A stretch of DNA of 64,000 nucleotides from Iphione sp. A-MEVVRFRX5. Taxonomy: Eukaryota. Below the pieces are notes generated by a model. That model had not been told where the DNA came from and ran no database searches. It saw only the letters and a program-made list of their open reading frames with translations. The DNA is taken from positions 47,926,001-47,990,000 of the forward strand of contig OZ320315.1 of assembly GCA_976226885.1 (NCBI GenBank), read 5' to 3'. This document shows, one piece after another, positions 49,401-61,284 of this stretch. Both the position numbers and the translations under genes were made by a program. Position 1 is the first letter of the stretch; each line of letters starts with the position of its first letter.

Positions 49401-52400
49401 ACATTATCATTTATCATGACTAACTTAAACACCAGTTAAGGTACTCGTTTGGATGCATCTCAACGATGGTACACTTCCTAGTATAGCTGCACAGAGACAG
49501 GAAATCAAACGGCGCTAAATACCACAGGACACAGTCCTGTATGTTCTAAGAGTACCCGGAATAAGAGATTTGCGAACTCTTTCATGAAACTGACGCCATT
49601 TCTGTTCAGCGTTTCTGTGATAAATACCTACTCCATTTAGGATATCAAATGGTTGTACCATTTTGGCTATCGAATTCATTTCATATAACAAACAGTAATT
49701 TTTGACAAGAGAATCCTACATTACAAACCCGCATTTGACACCTGCGTGAAGGATATTACAGTATACGGTGTGCATTGGATATTGTAAGCATGCCTACTAC
49801 AGACGTAATTAGCAGTTCATTGGAAATTTCTTGTCATAGGTAGGGCATGTACATTGTATTTATCAAAGATATTGTTACGTTACCTTGTCTCTTTTTATGT
49901 GATAAACTTCAACAAGTATTTTCAGTAATTATACTTTGTCTTTTGTCACGGGCCATGCAAAAGCTCAATATACAGCGGAGAAAGTTTTCCACGTGATCAT
50001 GAACAACAAGGATGTGCAAAAAGAATTAGACAAAAATAGGGACGCGCTCGCCTCTGTAAAAGAATCAGTCTGGCTACAGGGAGGCTAGCCTCCGCGCGCG
50101 GAGGAGGGCCAAATGCAATTACTGTCGGCTGCAAGGACAGATGCATGTGGCATATTTCGCGATAATAACTCTTTCGATAAGCCTCTTTCTGTGACCTGCT
50201 GAGCCTTTTGCACAGACACGATCCGAACACTGGACACAGCATGTGACATTTCCACTTACAGCCAATCTTGTCAGTCGCCTGTTGCCAGATCTTCGCTGCT
50301 CTTGTAGTTAGGGTTAGTTAGGGTGTGAGGGAACGCGTTCTTAGAGTGGGCGTTGCTACAGTCAGAAGTCCTTCACAGACACTATCCACACGAGCACTAC
50401 GCTCTTGATATATGATTAGTACGTTATTAGCGGGGAGAGCAGGTCAAAGGTCAAGTAAGACCCAATAATTTCTCATTTCTCAGATACCAAAGGCTACGCT
50501 AGGACAGCCACCTGGACTCACAGTCAATGAAATGCTCTCTTAGAGATTTCCCAGCGTTATTTCCTTTTTCATTACAGAAGTGAGCTTCATTATCTCCGAT
50601 TCCCATCCCACCGGAAGTCGTAATGTGCAGGAGGTAATGCGCCTCGGCCGCTGTCGTGCCAAGGCAACCCTCCTGTAATATCGCCACGGCCTCATATTCC
50701 TCTGTCACACTTGTTTTTTTAATGTGCCATCTCAGGCTGACAGTGCAAGCATAATCAATCAAACCGTCCTTTAATGGTAAAGGTATCGTATAGAAACACT
50801 ATATTTTGCAGTTCGTCCAGCAGAGCATCTTTATTGATATGATAGCCTTACGAATAATATGTAGTACATCTGACTGTAACATTGCTAACAATTGATGTTG
50901 AACTCTACTGGCAATAATAAAAAGTTACATGACCCTGACATGACTGTTTATATCGCTGTGGAATTATGGAAATGTTATTTTTGTAGTACAGGTTAAGTTT
51001 ACTTTTGCAATCCTTGCATACATGCAGGTGAATCTTACTAGTTATTTCTAGAAAATCGGCTTACAATCCGCTTTATACGCGTGTGTCTCTTTAATGGAAG
51101 AAATTTTCAAAGGTTTTGTCTTATTCCTGTAAATTGCTAAGATTTATTTGCGTCTCCATGCATACCAATACGCATGAATTCGGCTCCTGGCTGGACATGT
51201 CAATACATGGTATTTTCCTAAATGTGTCACTTTCCCTGGTTAAACTTTCACCAGCAAGGGCCGTATCGATCACAGAGCTCGAAAGAGAATTACTGTTATT
51301 TGCATCTAACAGGAAATGGTCTCAAAATAACCACGCCAACAAATAATCCAAAATGCCATTATAAGCGATTGAAGCATGTCTCACGTGGGTCGTGGAAGAG
51401 TGGTGGACTTTTAACGGAGCAAGCACCGTGTACATGAACCAATGAATCATGATGGTTCTCCCATCAGCATTTGTTCCATCCATTTATCGTACCATCGTAG
51501 AGTTTCAGGTCCGCAAAGCAATTTGAAAATAACTTTTAAACTTGTATGTTGTCGGAAAATACATAAATGCATTGTACTTCTCCAATGTTTCCAGTGATTT
51601 GGATAATCGCCAGAATTTTCATATAGGGACATCCATAATGCAGCCGTCTACCAGCGATGAATTGAATACAGAATTAGGTATAAGCGCACAACAAAAGAAC
51701 CGGAAAGTCAAAGGAAATGAGATCGCTAGATTCTTATATGCTGTGAGTATACCACTTTATTGCGATTAAAGCGGGCGAGAGTTGTGTCATATTACACGTA
51801 CTTTGGCTGCCATACGAGTAGAACCGAGCTCCATCATTCCGCCAGCAGGATAGCTCCAGCACGCCACCATGTGTGAGATGTTCGCATGCCTCACCCCTAA
51901 GCCACATGAGAAGCCAGTGGCGCTCCCGCTAAAAGCGGATGGCTTCCTAGAAGATCACGCCTGATAAACTCACCATTGGATCCCTGCCACCAACCGAATT
52001 ACCCTGCCTCGGTGCAGAGGTCCTCTCAGACACATGCGACATTCTTGCTACCTTGCCTGGTGCCGTTTTGGAGACGTCGGCTGGCATAATGAGCTTTGTG
52101 GAAAGCCGGATGGATGGAGCACATCAATGTCCTTGACTTCTACGTAGTTGCGACGTCGAAAAAATGGAAATCCGCGAATTACAAGACCTGCATGATAATA
52201 GGGCTTTTCATTCCTCTGCTTTGATTTTTTGTCGGCTTTGGATATCTTATTTGGTCTGGGATGTGACGAACTAATTTATTAAGCATTAAATTTGTTATCT
52301 ATGACGATTCCATTGCACATTCATGGACGAGGCTGGGAAGAAATTTACAGCAAGGAACTGTCCCCGACAACTTCGCACTGACATCAAATTTCATCGAAAA

Positions 52401-55400
52401 CTTTTTTAAGGTCGGGTCAATTTCCGACGTAGCTCCAAAAGTCCTATAGGAATAAAACAATCAGTTAAGGAGTAGGATAATTAGGGACTGAACAAAGGAA
52501 TAGGCTACGGGACATTGTTGAGACATGACGGGCCCTGCGGTACAAATCCTGAAGTCGGTCTGACAGCGCGAGGGCGTACTGCTGAGGGATGGGACAATGA
52601 CATTACCATTCTTTGCAGAATCATCACAAGGAGTTAATTGAACCTCGAGGCCGTAGCAGACCACCATGAAATAGGATTCTCCCTCTCCTACTGTCAGACG
52701 AGGAGAAGACCTAACTAATCACAGTATCCTCTTCTTCTACCTCTGCGGTCTCCGTTCTCTTTTTTCCTAGTGACGTCTACAAACCTTCCCACAACAGCCG
52801 TACATATCTGTAAACTGCGTTAATGCCGAGTACTCGGTAAACATCTTAATCAACCGGAAATGAGGGGTAATGATCGACGCTTAAAGCAAATGTCTATAAG
52901 ACATTATTAGCGTAGTGCCTAATTCTCTTTGTGGTTTAGGAAATCCACGATATTACATAAAGATATCATTTGTTCACGTACACATAGGAAGCACGCGTAT
53001 ATGATAAAAGCAATTTGGCTACAACAATAAATACTACAAAACTTCCTCTAGAACACGAGCCTCTAAATTTGTGCGGAAACGAGAGGGAAAAATACATGTA
53101 ATAGCAAATTTTGTTTAGAACGTCATGCATTCTCTTGGTTTGGATAACTTGGTGCCTTCGGATATGGAATATGGTCAGGCAATGATCAATACGAGCACGA
53201 CATCTTTAAATACATGCATCTTTATAGGTGAAAGTAACATTGCCTGTATATAATGCAGGTATAGGCTGTGTTTCCATTATTAAGGCGATTTTGGTTCGTG
53301 CATTTGACAAGCGATGGTAAACACTAAATCCACACCTTCCTGCATGGGGCGTTTCCTTACGTCCATGCAATCCCCCCCCCCTTAACTTTGTGTGTGATTG
53401 TTTTGAATTCTGTGTGAGTCATCTGATATTAAGACTCTTGAGAGTGAGCAAATCTGTGTACATGTTGTACACACACACAAACACACGCAACCACACATAC
53501 ACACCTTATCCTAACCCTCACCTCTATCTTCTACTTGTCATTTTACACATTGCCATTTTTCCACACCCCACCTAGACCAGGTATGCACGCATTCATGGGA
53601 AACACAGTCTAAAAGCCAAGCGTTCGTCTCTGGGCAATCTATTCGGTAATGTGACCCCCGGGAAGGAGCCGATTAGGCCCAACATGCCAAGCGGGATGGC
53701 TGGCCACAAGAGGCTCCGGACGCTACTGGTGGCGAACCTTGCGGGAGATTGAGAGTAGCCACTGATCCGATTGAGCAGGATGAGCCCATAAGTGCCCTGC
53801 CCTCCCGATATCTGGTACCCGAAACTCGGTGACTGTCACCCCAACCCTCCCACCACCCACCACCCCCTGCCGTAGTCCCCTTTGATCGCCATGCCTCAGC
53901 GGTCGACCCTTATCTTGACACCTTCTGGTTGAGCTCAAACGGATCGCTTAGTCTCCAAGATCACTGCTGACTGGATTCTTCTCGTGGGGTGTACTATCTG
54001 GCAATTTTTATACAAGTTTACCTAGGGGAACAGTGTTGTGGAATGTGGTACTAAGAGACGTTTACAGCAGCAGAAACTGTTACTCCCCAGCCTTTACGGC
54101 CGTCACGGGCTACGATACTCAGGAGTAGGACTGTCCATCGGGTATGCATATAGCCCATCTTGTGGAGAGCATGGCCATTCCATTAAAACATGTTCTGATC
54201 ATACCATTATAAGATTTTTAGGATTAATTCTATGTGTAAATGTACGTGTACATCCTGATATGTACCTAATATTCGTGCATATTGTGTTAGTATTCAGGCG
54301 AAAGCGATTAGCACTAAGCTCAAAAAAATGTACGTACGTAGGCAGACTGTAATATTTCCAGCTGTAACTTCTGGAGATTTCTAAAGGTGAGATTATAAGC
54401 AATACGCTTACTAAATTATTAGCCTTTACCTCAACCGGTTGAGCGCCATGAACTACCAAATCCTACCTCTGAATGAGACCGTTCAGACTACCGGTCAGAT
54501 ATATGGAAGTATGCCACCATAATCTATATTCATACATATCTTGGGGCTTTGGCCTACACGCCCTCTTCTATCAGCTTGGCATTTGGTATTCAGTGTGCCC
54601 AGGAGGACCAAAGGTATCTACTTTGTAGGAGGGATGTGCATGCAAATTGATTCACATTTATACAGCTTTTCAGGCCAGCGCCCAGCATAACTGCTTGCCG
54701 GGTAGATCATCTGAAATCTCTATAAATGCGTCATTCATTCTGACAATGTAAGCCTTTCAAAAATACTAATCTGCTTCTGATGCAAATGCTCTTTAACAAG
54801 TCCGATGTTGCACTCTAGTTGTATGAAACGTGCAGGGAAAGAAGTTATATGGCTTATCACTGCCAATCATTACATGTATCCATGGACATGTACACAAAAA
54901 CACATCATCATATGAATCGAAGTCCTTGGAGAAAAACATGTATTTTTCATGTATATTCCTATTGTTTGCAGTACATATGGCTGCCATTTGCGCGGGAAAA
55001 TGTCAAAACGTCAATTTGAAAATGGGCAATAAGCTTTCGTTATTTTATCTCTTATTTCATTCTTAGAAACTGAACATATATATCTTAGTTTCGTGCTCTT
55101 AATGAGTGACCTTTTCCTGATAGCTTTACTATTATAACTCGTCCTTTTATTCTCTGCAGAGGCTCTAAAATAGGTAATAAAGGTTTCATAGTGCAGCATC
55201 GATCTTATATTTCACTAGTAAGTCGTTCTTTTTTTCAATTATGCTTTTCTAAACTGAATGCCGAATGGAAAATGGTATGAATCGGTGGTCTGCTTCCATG
55301 GTACACCTCATTGGCCGCGTCCATTTAGTGCCGATGACTCAGCCATTGCCTACGTGTACGGTGAGCGCTCGCACACGTTAAACGAGCTGGTACATGTTAG

Positions 55401-58320
55401 AATACTAACATTGTCTGGCTTTGGCGGCTGCCTTGTAGAGGACTTTTCATCTAATACATGATTTAATTGTAAATCCTCTCTGCCGTTGGGGACGAATATT
55501 CAGCGCATCACAAAATGTCTCCGGCAGGTACGAGACGGCAGCATTCCGAAGACAGCGTCTTGTAATTAGTCGCAGTACGAGCGTCAGGTGTTATCTGTAA
55601 AGTCCTGCGGTGGTGCATCTGGTATTGCATGATGGCGTCAAGTCACTCGGGGCACCTGCAGCAGCAACCGTAATCACAATCCCTCGAGTAGCATCCCTGC
55701 TAGCAGGAATACCTAATGAACTGTTTGTTAATACCCACAGGCAAACGATGCTTGGCTATCCCTGAAATTTTGATGCCTGTGTTACGAGCTAAGGGTCGGC
55801 GACATTAAAACGAGGAACGTAGGCCTCTTGATCATTCAGATTCTACAGAGAACCACCTCAACAGTCTACCTTAATACTGGGTTAGCAGTAGTTCAAGTAA
55901 TATGACCCAAACCATCGGGATTACTGCATTTCCTTTCTACTCCTTGTCTCTGATAGATACCTTGTCTTCCTCTCCGCCTTAAAAAGCACTACTCAAGGGA
56001 ACGATACTGGTTCCTGTGATGTTGTGGAAAACAAGAGCAAAGCACATGATTACCTTGATACTGTAACATACTCCTGAAGCAGGGAGCTGTTCGCTGCAGA
56101 CTGAGGGCCGACCATGAAATATTGATTAACTTACAGGGTAATACTGCCAGGATAATCCCAGCATCCAGTCGAAAGCGGGAAAAGATCAAAGCTTCTCATG
56201 AATCAGGTAAATTGGGCGTCGACATAGAGGGATGCTGATATTGGAATGACGTGTATAGGTCTATTCATAGTCAGATTTTCTTGTTTTTTTGTGATGCTCA
56301 TTCTCTTGGTGTTTCGGCACGAGATGCCCCTGCTGCTCAGTGGAGCGCCGGCTGACACCGGAGATGCTAACAATGTAGACAACAATGGAATGGGGCAGGC
56401 CGTAATGAGTTCATTAATGGCATATTGCATGCTCCAATGATTGTCTTTTCCACTTTCTCCTGCAGGTAACTTACCACTATGCAGACTACAGTTCACTGCT
56501 GCTAACACTCTTGCTCTCCCCCACATTATTTCTCAACAGGAATATGGCGTAATAACAGAAACAGAGCATTCGTATACCTGTGTACATTTAATACAGTTAC
56601 TGTTCCATAATTATGGTATGAAATGCGGAAAAAGGACTAACTAATCATAACCGTCTATCGTGAAAAGTGTAATACGCAGTGCGTTTCATTTGACGGGACG
56701 GTGGACTCGCACACCCATATCTCATTTTATGCAGAATTCCTGTACCATTCCGGATCGTGATATATTTTCCGACAGATTTCTCCGGTTTTGCCAATAAGTA
56801 TGAGTCTATTCTATTTTACTCCGAGAAATACTCGCAATACGTGATAAATTCCTTTCTGTTGCAAATAAACGTAAATGGGAAGGTCTTCTCTATAGTTCGC
56901 ATATCAGACACAAGGGGTCGCGTCGAGCATTCTGCCCATTGCAATTGGGCCTGGCCACTGCAATGACCATGCAACATGAATGACTGGTGATCCATCATGA
57001 TTCATCGCACATCGGACACAACACATGGAGGAAATGAGTCCCCGTCACGTTCATAGCACGCTCCTCCTAGAGGCACTTGCATACGGCAAAACACGCAAAG
57101 CCCGGGAAATAATTCTGCTTCAGAGCCATGCCGCGTAGGATTTAAATAAATGCATCCCTTGAGATATAGGTCGTGTCCATGGGTAGACACCCCATTCTTC
57201 GTATACGGGGGGGGGGTCCTTCTTCAATAAACAAAAATCATAGTCGGGAAAGGTGTTCTTGCAGGTCTAAAGTGTTTTAAAGTGATTTTTTGTCTCTTGG
57301 TTCACGTCTTTGTTATGGTACTTTAATTTTCGTTCATTGAACCACGGGTCCTAGCAGAATGGTTCATTCCGCGGTTCCGTGAGTATCCTAATCGTGCCGG
57401 CAGGAAACGTCTAATATAGTCTGCCATTTAAGTCTAAGATTAAAGGTCGACGCCAAAGTCTAGATGTGGATAGTCAATATTGACCCCAATGCTGGCGATG
57501 GCTACCCTTCGGTATCCACCAAACCATGCATTCCGGGCGATGACAACACTGATGGGACGGACGGAGCCCAGTATCGACCTTAATATCGCCCACCCGATCA
57601 CGTGGCTAGCGACTATTTCGGCGCCAGATTTCCATTTCCGGTAGCGCCTGGCGGTCATGACCTTCACTCCCCGAGTTGGCGACTCCCACCCAGCGCCACT
57701 CATTCTCCAGGGTCTTTAACTCGCCCTCCAGTATATCCGCCCCCGCGGCTGTAGGATGAGCGGTCCGGGAGGGGCTCAGTGCTTCCTGCCAGCCATATTG
57801 GACAAATTCCTATTGTATGATGATGGAAACGGCCGGCCGCGCTGGGGGCGCCCCTAGGTGGCGGTGTATAGAGACAATTGTTGAATGCAAGGCGTCTGAT
57901 AAGAGAGATCGTGCGGCCCGTCAGTCGCATATCGAAAACCGACAGACATACCAGGAATAGAAAGGTTAACTCATCCAGCGACAAGGAATGAACTAGCAGG
58001 GTTCCGTCTACTCTTACAAGTGGAGTCTCTGGGTGCGTGGGTGAAACAAAAAAAAGGGCGTCTGTATGTGATACATCAGTCAAACTGTCTGTGGCACTGG
58101 ACGCTGGGGATTATCAGGTCACCCACTGGGGGAGCATGAGATGCGTCCTATACAGAGGGAATACACACAAAAGGGCTGACTGAGTAAGTCTCAAGGAAAA
58201 AGAAGGAAACTACAAGTAAGGTACCTAGGGTAAATTCAGTGTCTCCACAATGTCAGTGGAACTCCAAACACTCGTTCTAACTGTGTCGCTCACATTAAAA
58301 AGTAGGCGTGAATATGCAAG

Positions 58321-58368
58321 TACATGTATATGTATACATACATGCATATACATGTACATGTATACATA
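58321..58368. repeat. TACATGTA-rich self-complementary low-complexity cluster
   Basis: tacatgtatatgtatacatacatgcatatacatgtacatgtatacata. Similar clusters near 38.2, 40.5, 41.3, 43.07, 47.44, 48.48 and 63.2 kb. The motif is characteristic of Branchiostoma DNA in my experience. Confidence 0.85.
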
Positions 58369-60994
58369 TTGATTCAAGATTGAAGCGGGCTGTCCGAATG
58401 GAAATAAAGCATTTCCTTAAAGATTTGGCGAACAGCCTGTAGCACACAAACAAAGGCCATCCCACAAATTGCTTATTTTAGTTTAATATGGGAAATGTCC
58501 ACACGTTTGAGAAAAACTACTTTCCGTGTAGATGTGTCTGTGTCTGTTTGGGGAAAATTAACCTCTCATCACACATTTCGCTAACTCTCAACATTATCAT
58601 ATTGCCCATCAGTAGATTAGAAAATGTCAAGACTAAAAGTGAAATCCAGCTGTAAAAGAAAGCGTCTGAAAGCTTTCCTTTGTAAATCTTTGACACTCCC
58701 TTTCATTATATTGCCACTTACTTCTCCTTCCCCTTCCCCCTCGTTCGCAGTTCGGCGTTATGGGGGATAATAGCTCACCATGTAATTAAGTTCTCCACTT
58801 AAGGATTAACGTTAAGAAAAAAAGCTCTACTCAGAGAGAGTGTACTGCACGGACGTCTAATTCCTCGAGGCATTGTCATTTGTGGTCATACTTCATACTC
58901 ACTTAGTTCCCCTGACTCGGTGCAAAAGCCTTTTGGTTTGGTGAACGACTTCTCTTTAGGGCGGGATTCTTTTTACGACCCCTAGGTATTAATGCATTCA
59001 CAGGTGCCTCGCTAGCTCAGCTGTAGATTTATTGACGAGAAGGCCCGAGATAAAATCCTACCCGTAGAAAAGTGGAAGAGCACCCAAGCCGGTATTGACA
59101 AGATGCGATCGATTAATCGCTATTGTCCGATTCCATGTTAGCAAGTTGCTTATGTCTCCTTTAAGGGCACTTCGCACACGCCTTCAGGCGCAGTATACTG
59201 CTTTATCCCATGGCCATGACACATATTGGTGTTGTTCCATTATTGATGGCGCCTATATTTCTGCACTAATGTTGACAACAGCCATGCCGTTTGCAATGAA
59301 CCACGAGTGGCCATGGACGTAACCAAATTTGTCGCCGCACCGACTTGCCGCGGTATCTTGCTGAACGTGGGAGGAATTCACTCATGAACTTGTTTACCTC
59401 ATTTGCAGCCGATTGCTTTCTATCCGAATGACGCGTAATACGGCTATGTGAATATGGACAATTGTATTGGTGAGACATTTAACTGCGCTACGCCTGCAGA
59501 ACTAACATACTTACAGGTAAGAGAGACATGGGATTTGTGTTTGCAATTAACATTTTCCCTTTGATGGGGACAATTTTGCATACAACAGTTAGGGGAGGGG
59601 GTCATAGCTGATATACCAATCCCATTCTGGGCTTCTTGTTTAATTTACCTGTTCCTATTGGATTTTATAGGGATTCCTTTGCCTACTCATTTTGAATTTG
59701 GAGGTGGGCAAGACATTTTGTGACATAAACGCTATCGTGTCTAATGCCTCGCCGCAGGACGCGAGGAGTTAACTGTGAAAGGGCAGCAGGGGTAGGCCTT
59801 ATGAATAAAGAATGCATTGCTGATATTTTTTTTTCGATTTACCATGCGGTCCATATGTCTTCTGTATACTGTCGTTAACGGCAACAGCTGCAGAAAGTGT
59901 TCTTCTTCCTCATAGTTACAGCACGTTCCCCCGAACTGTGCTGCGCTTCTATCAATTCTTTTCATGTCTGAAAATTCTGATAATGTTTGCAAACGGACGA
60001 ACGACTCTTTTAGCCCCTCTTATATATTTATTAAGAGGTACATATAAATGCTTCTTGGAAAGTAGTGCAGATTAAGTGGGCTGGTGTTGAGAATCATGGT
60101 TATTTTTTTCCAATTTTGCAACATTGTGCGATTTCGTGTGTCGCCATGGACCTATCTTTCAGCATATGCAGATGAATGCAGTACAATGTCCATTGTTGTA
60201 GATTAGGATTGAATAACAAATTAGTTTCCGGAAAATCAATATTGATGAATCAATTTCCTGGTATCATACCGAAAAAAACTATGACTGCTCGGTTTGAAGC
60301 CAATTGGCTGCTCGCTGCACCAGCTGTAAACAAAGTCATTCATAATTTAGCTTGGCAAAACACTGTAGATATCAGATAAATAAGAGTACCTGGAAAGAGA
60401 CTAGATAGTCAGTCAACGAAGAATGTATCTTATATATAGCCATGTAATTCACTAGACATAGCCTACTACCTAGTCCCTGAAAGAAGGCAACTTTACAGGT
60501 TAAAGGGGAATGCCAAATCCTTGTGCATAAGGAATGCTGCCGCGTATGAATTGGAGCAGAAATAATGTGGAGTGGAGATGAAGTGTGTGAATCATCCTTT
60601 AGCATGCAAGAGGATAATAAGATAGTAGGCTTATCCGGGAGGAGTCTCGAGTCAGATTATTTCGAAAGTATAGGACAGCGCTGAGCGCTGTTAATATGGG
60701 TAAAGCGCTCCGTGGTACCAAACGACATAAACACCGACACTCACCAACGAAACAACAAGAACTACTGTGAAGACATCCTTCAAAGTAGATCTGGTTTTAA
60801 TAGAGTTGGGTCACAAAATCTCTGTTGCAAGCATAATCGAAATGATGCAACATATGCTGCGCAATAAATGTGACAATAACAGCATCAAATCTTAGTATTA
60901 AAAAAAAGGAAATCTCCACATGAGCTGGAGGAGTTTGAAACAATAATACTGACGTTCTTGTTCTTGATGGATACTTAATATGTACATGTTGCAT

Positions 60995-61284
60995 AGACCA
61001 AAAAAATAACTGTGTTTCTGGTAATGACCAGCCAAAAACCTAGGTAGTGAGGGGTATCTTTTAAAAAAAAAATTTGTTCCACTTTTTTCCTCTGGTTTTT
61101 AATAACAGTAAAGACAATATGAAGACATTGTGATCAATTTGTAGTTTTTTGCTGAATTTCCATGGATTTGTTGTTTTTTTCTGAATTTAAAAAAAAAAAA
61201 CATGTGCCATGAAAACATGTATCTGAGGAAATTTACTAGGTAGGGGTGGGTTACCAGAAACACACCTATTTTTTGTTTTGACCT
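60995..61284. mobile_element. MITE, copy 2 of the same family
   Basis: TGTGTTTCTGGTAA (61011-61024) and TTACCAGAAACACACCTATTTT (61251-61272). The interior is colinear with copy 1 (CCAAAAACCTAGGTA, AATATGAAGA, TTTTTGCTGAATTTCCATGGATTT). Confidence 0.8.
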
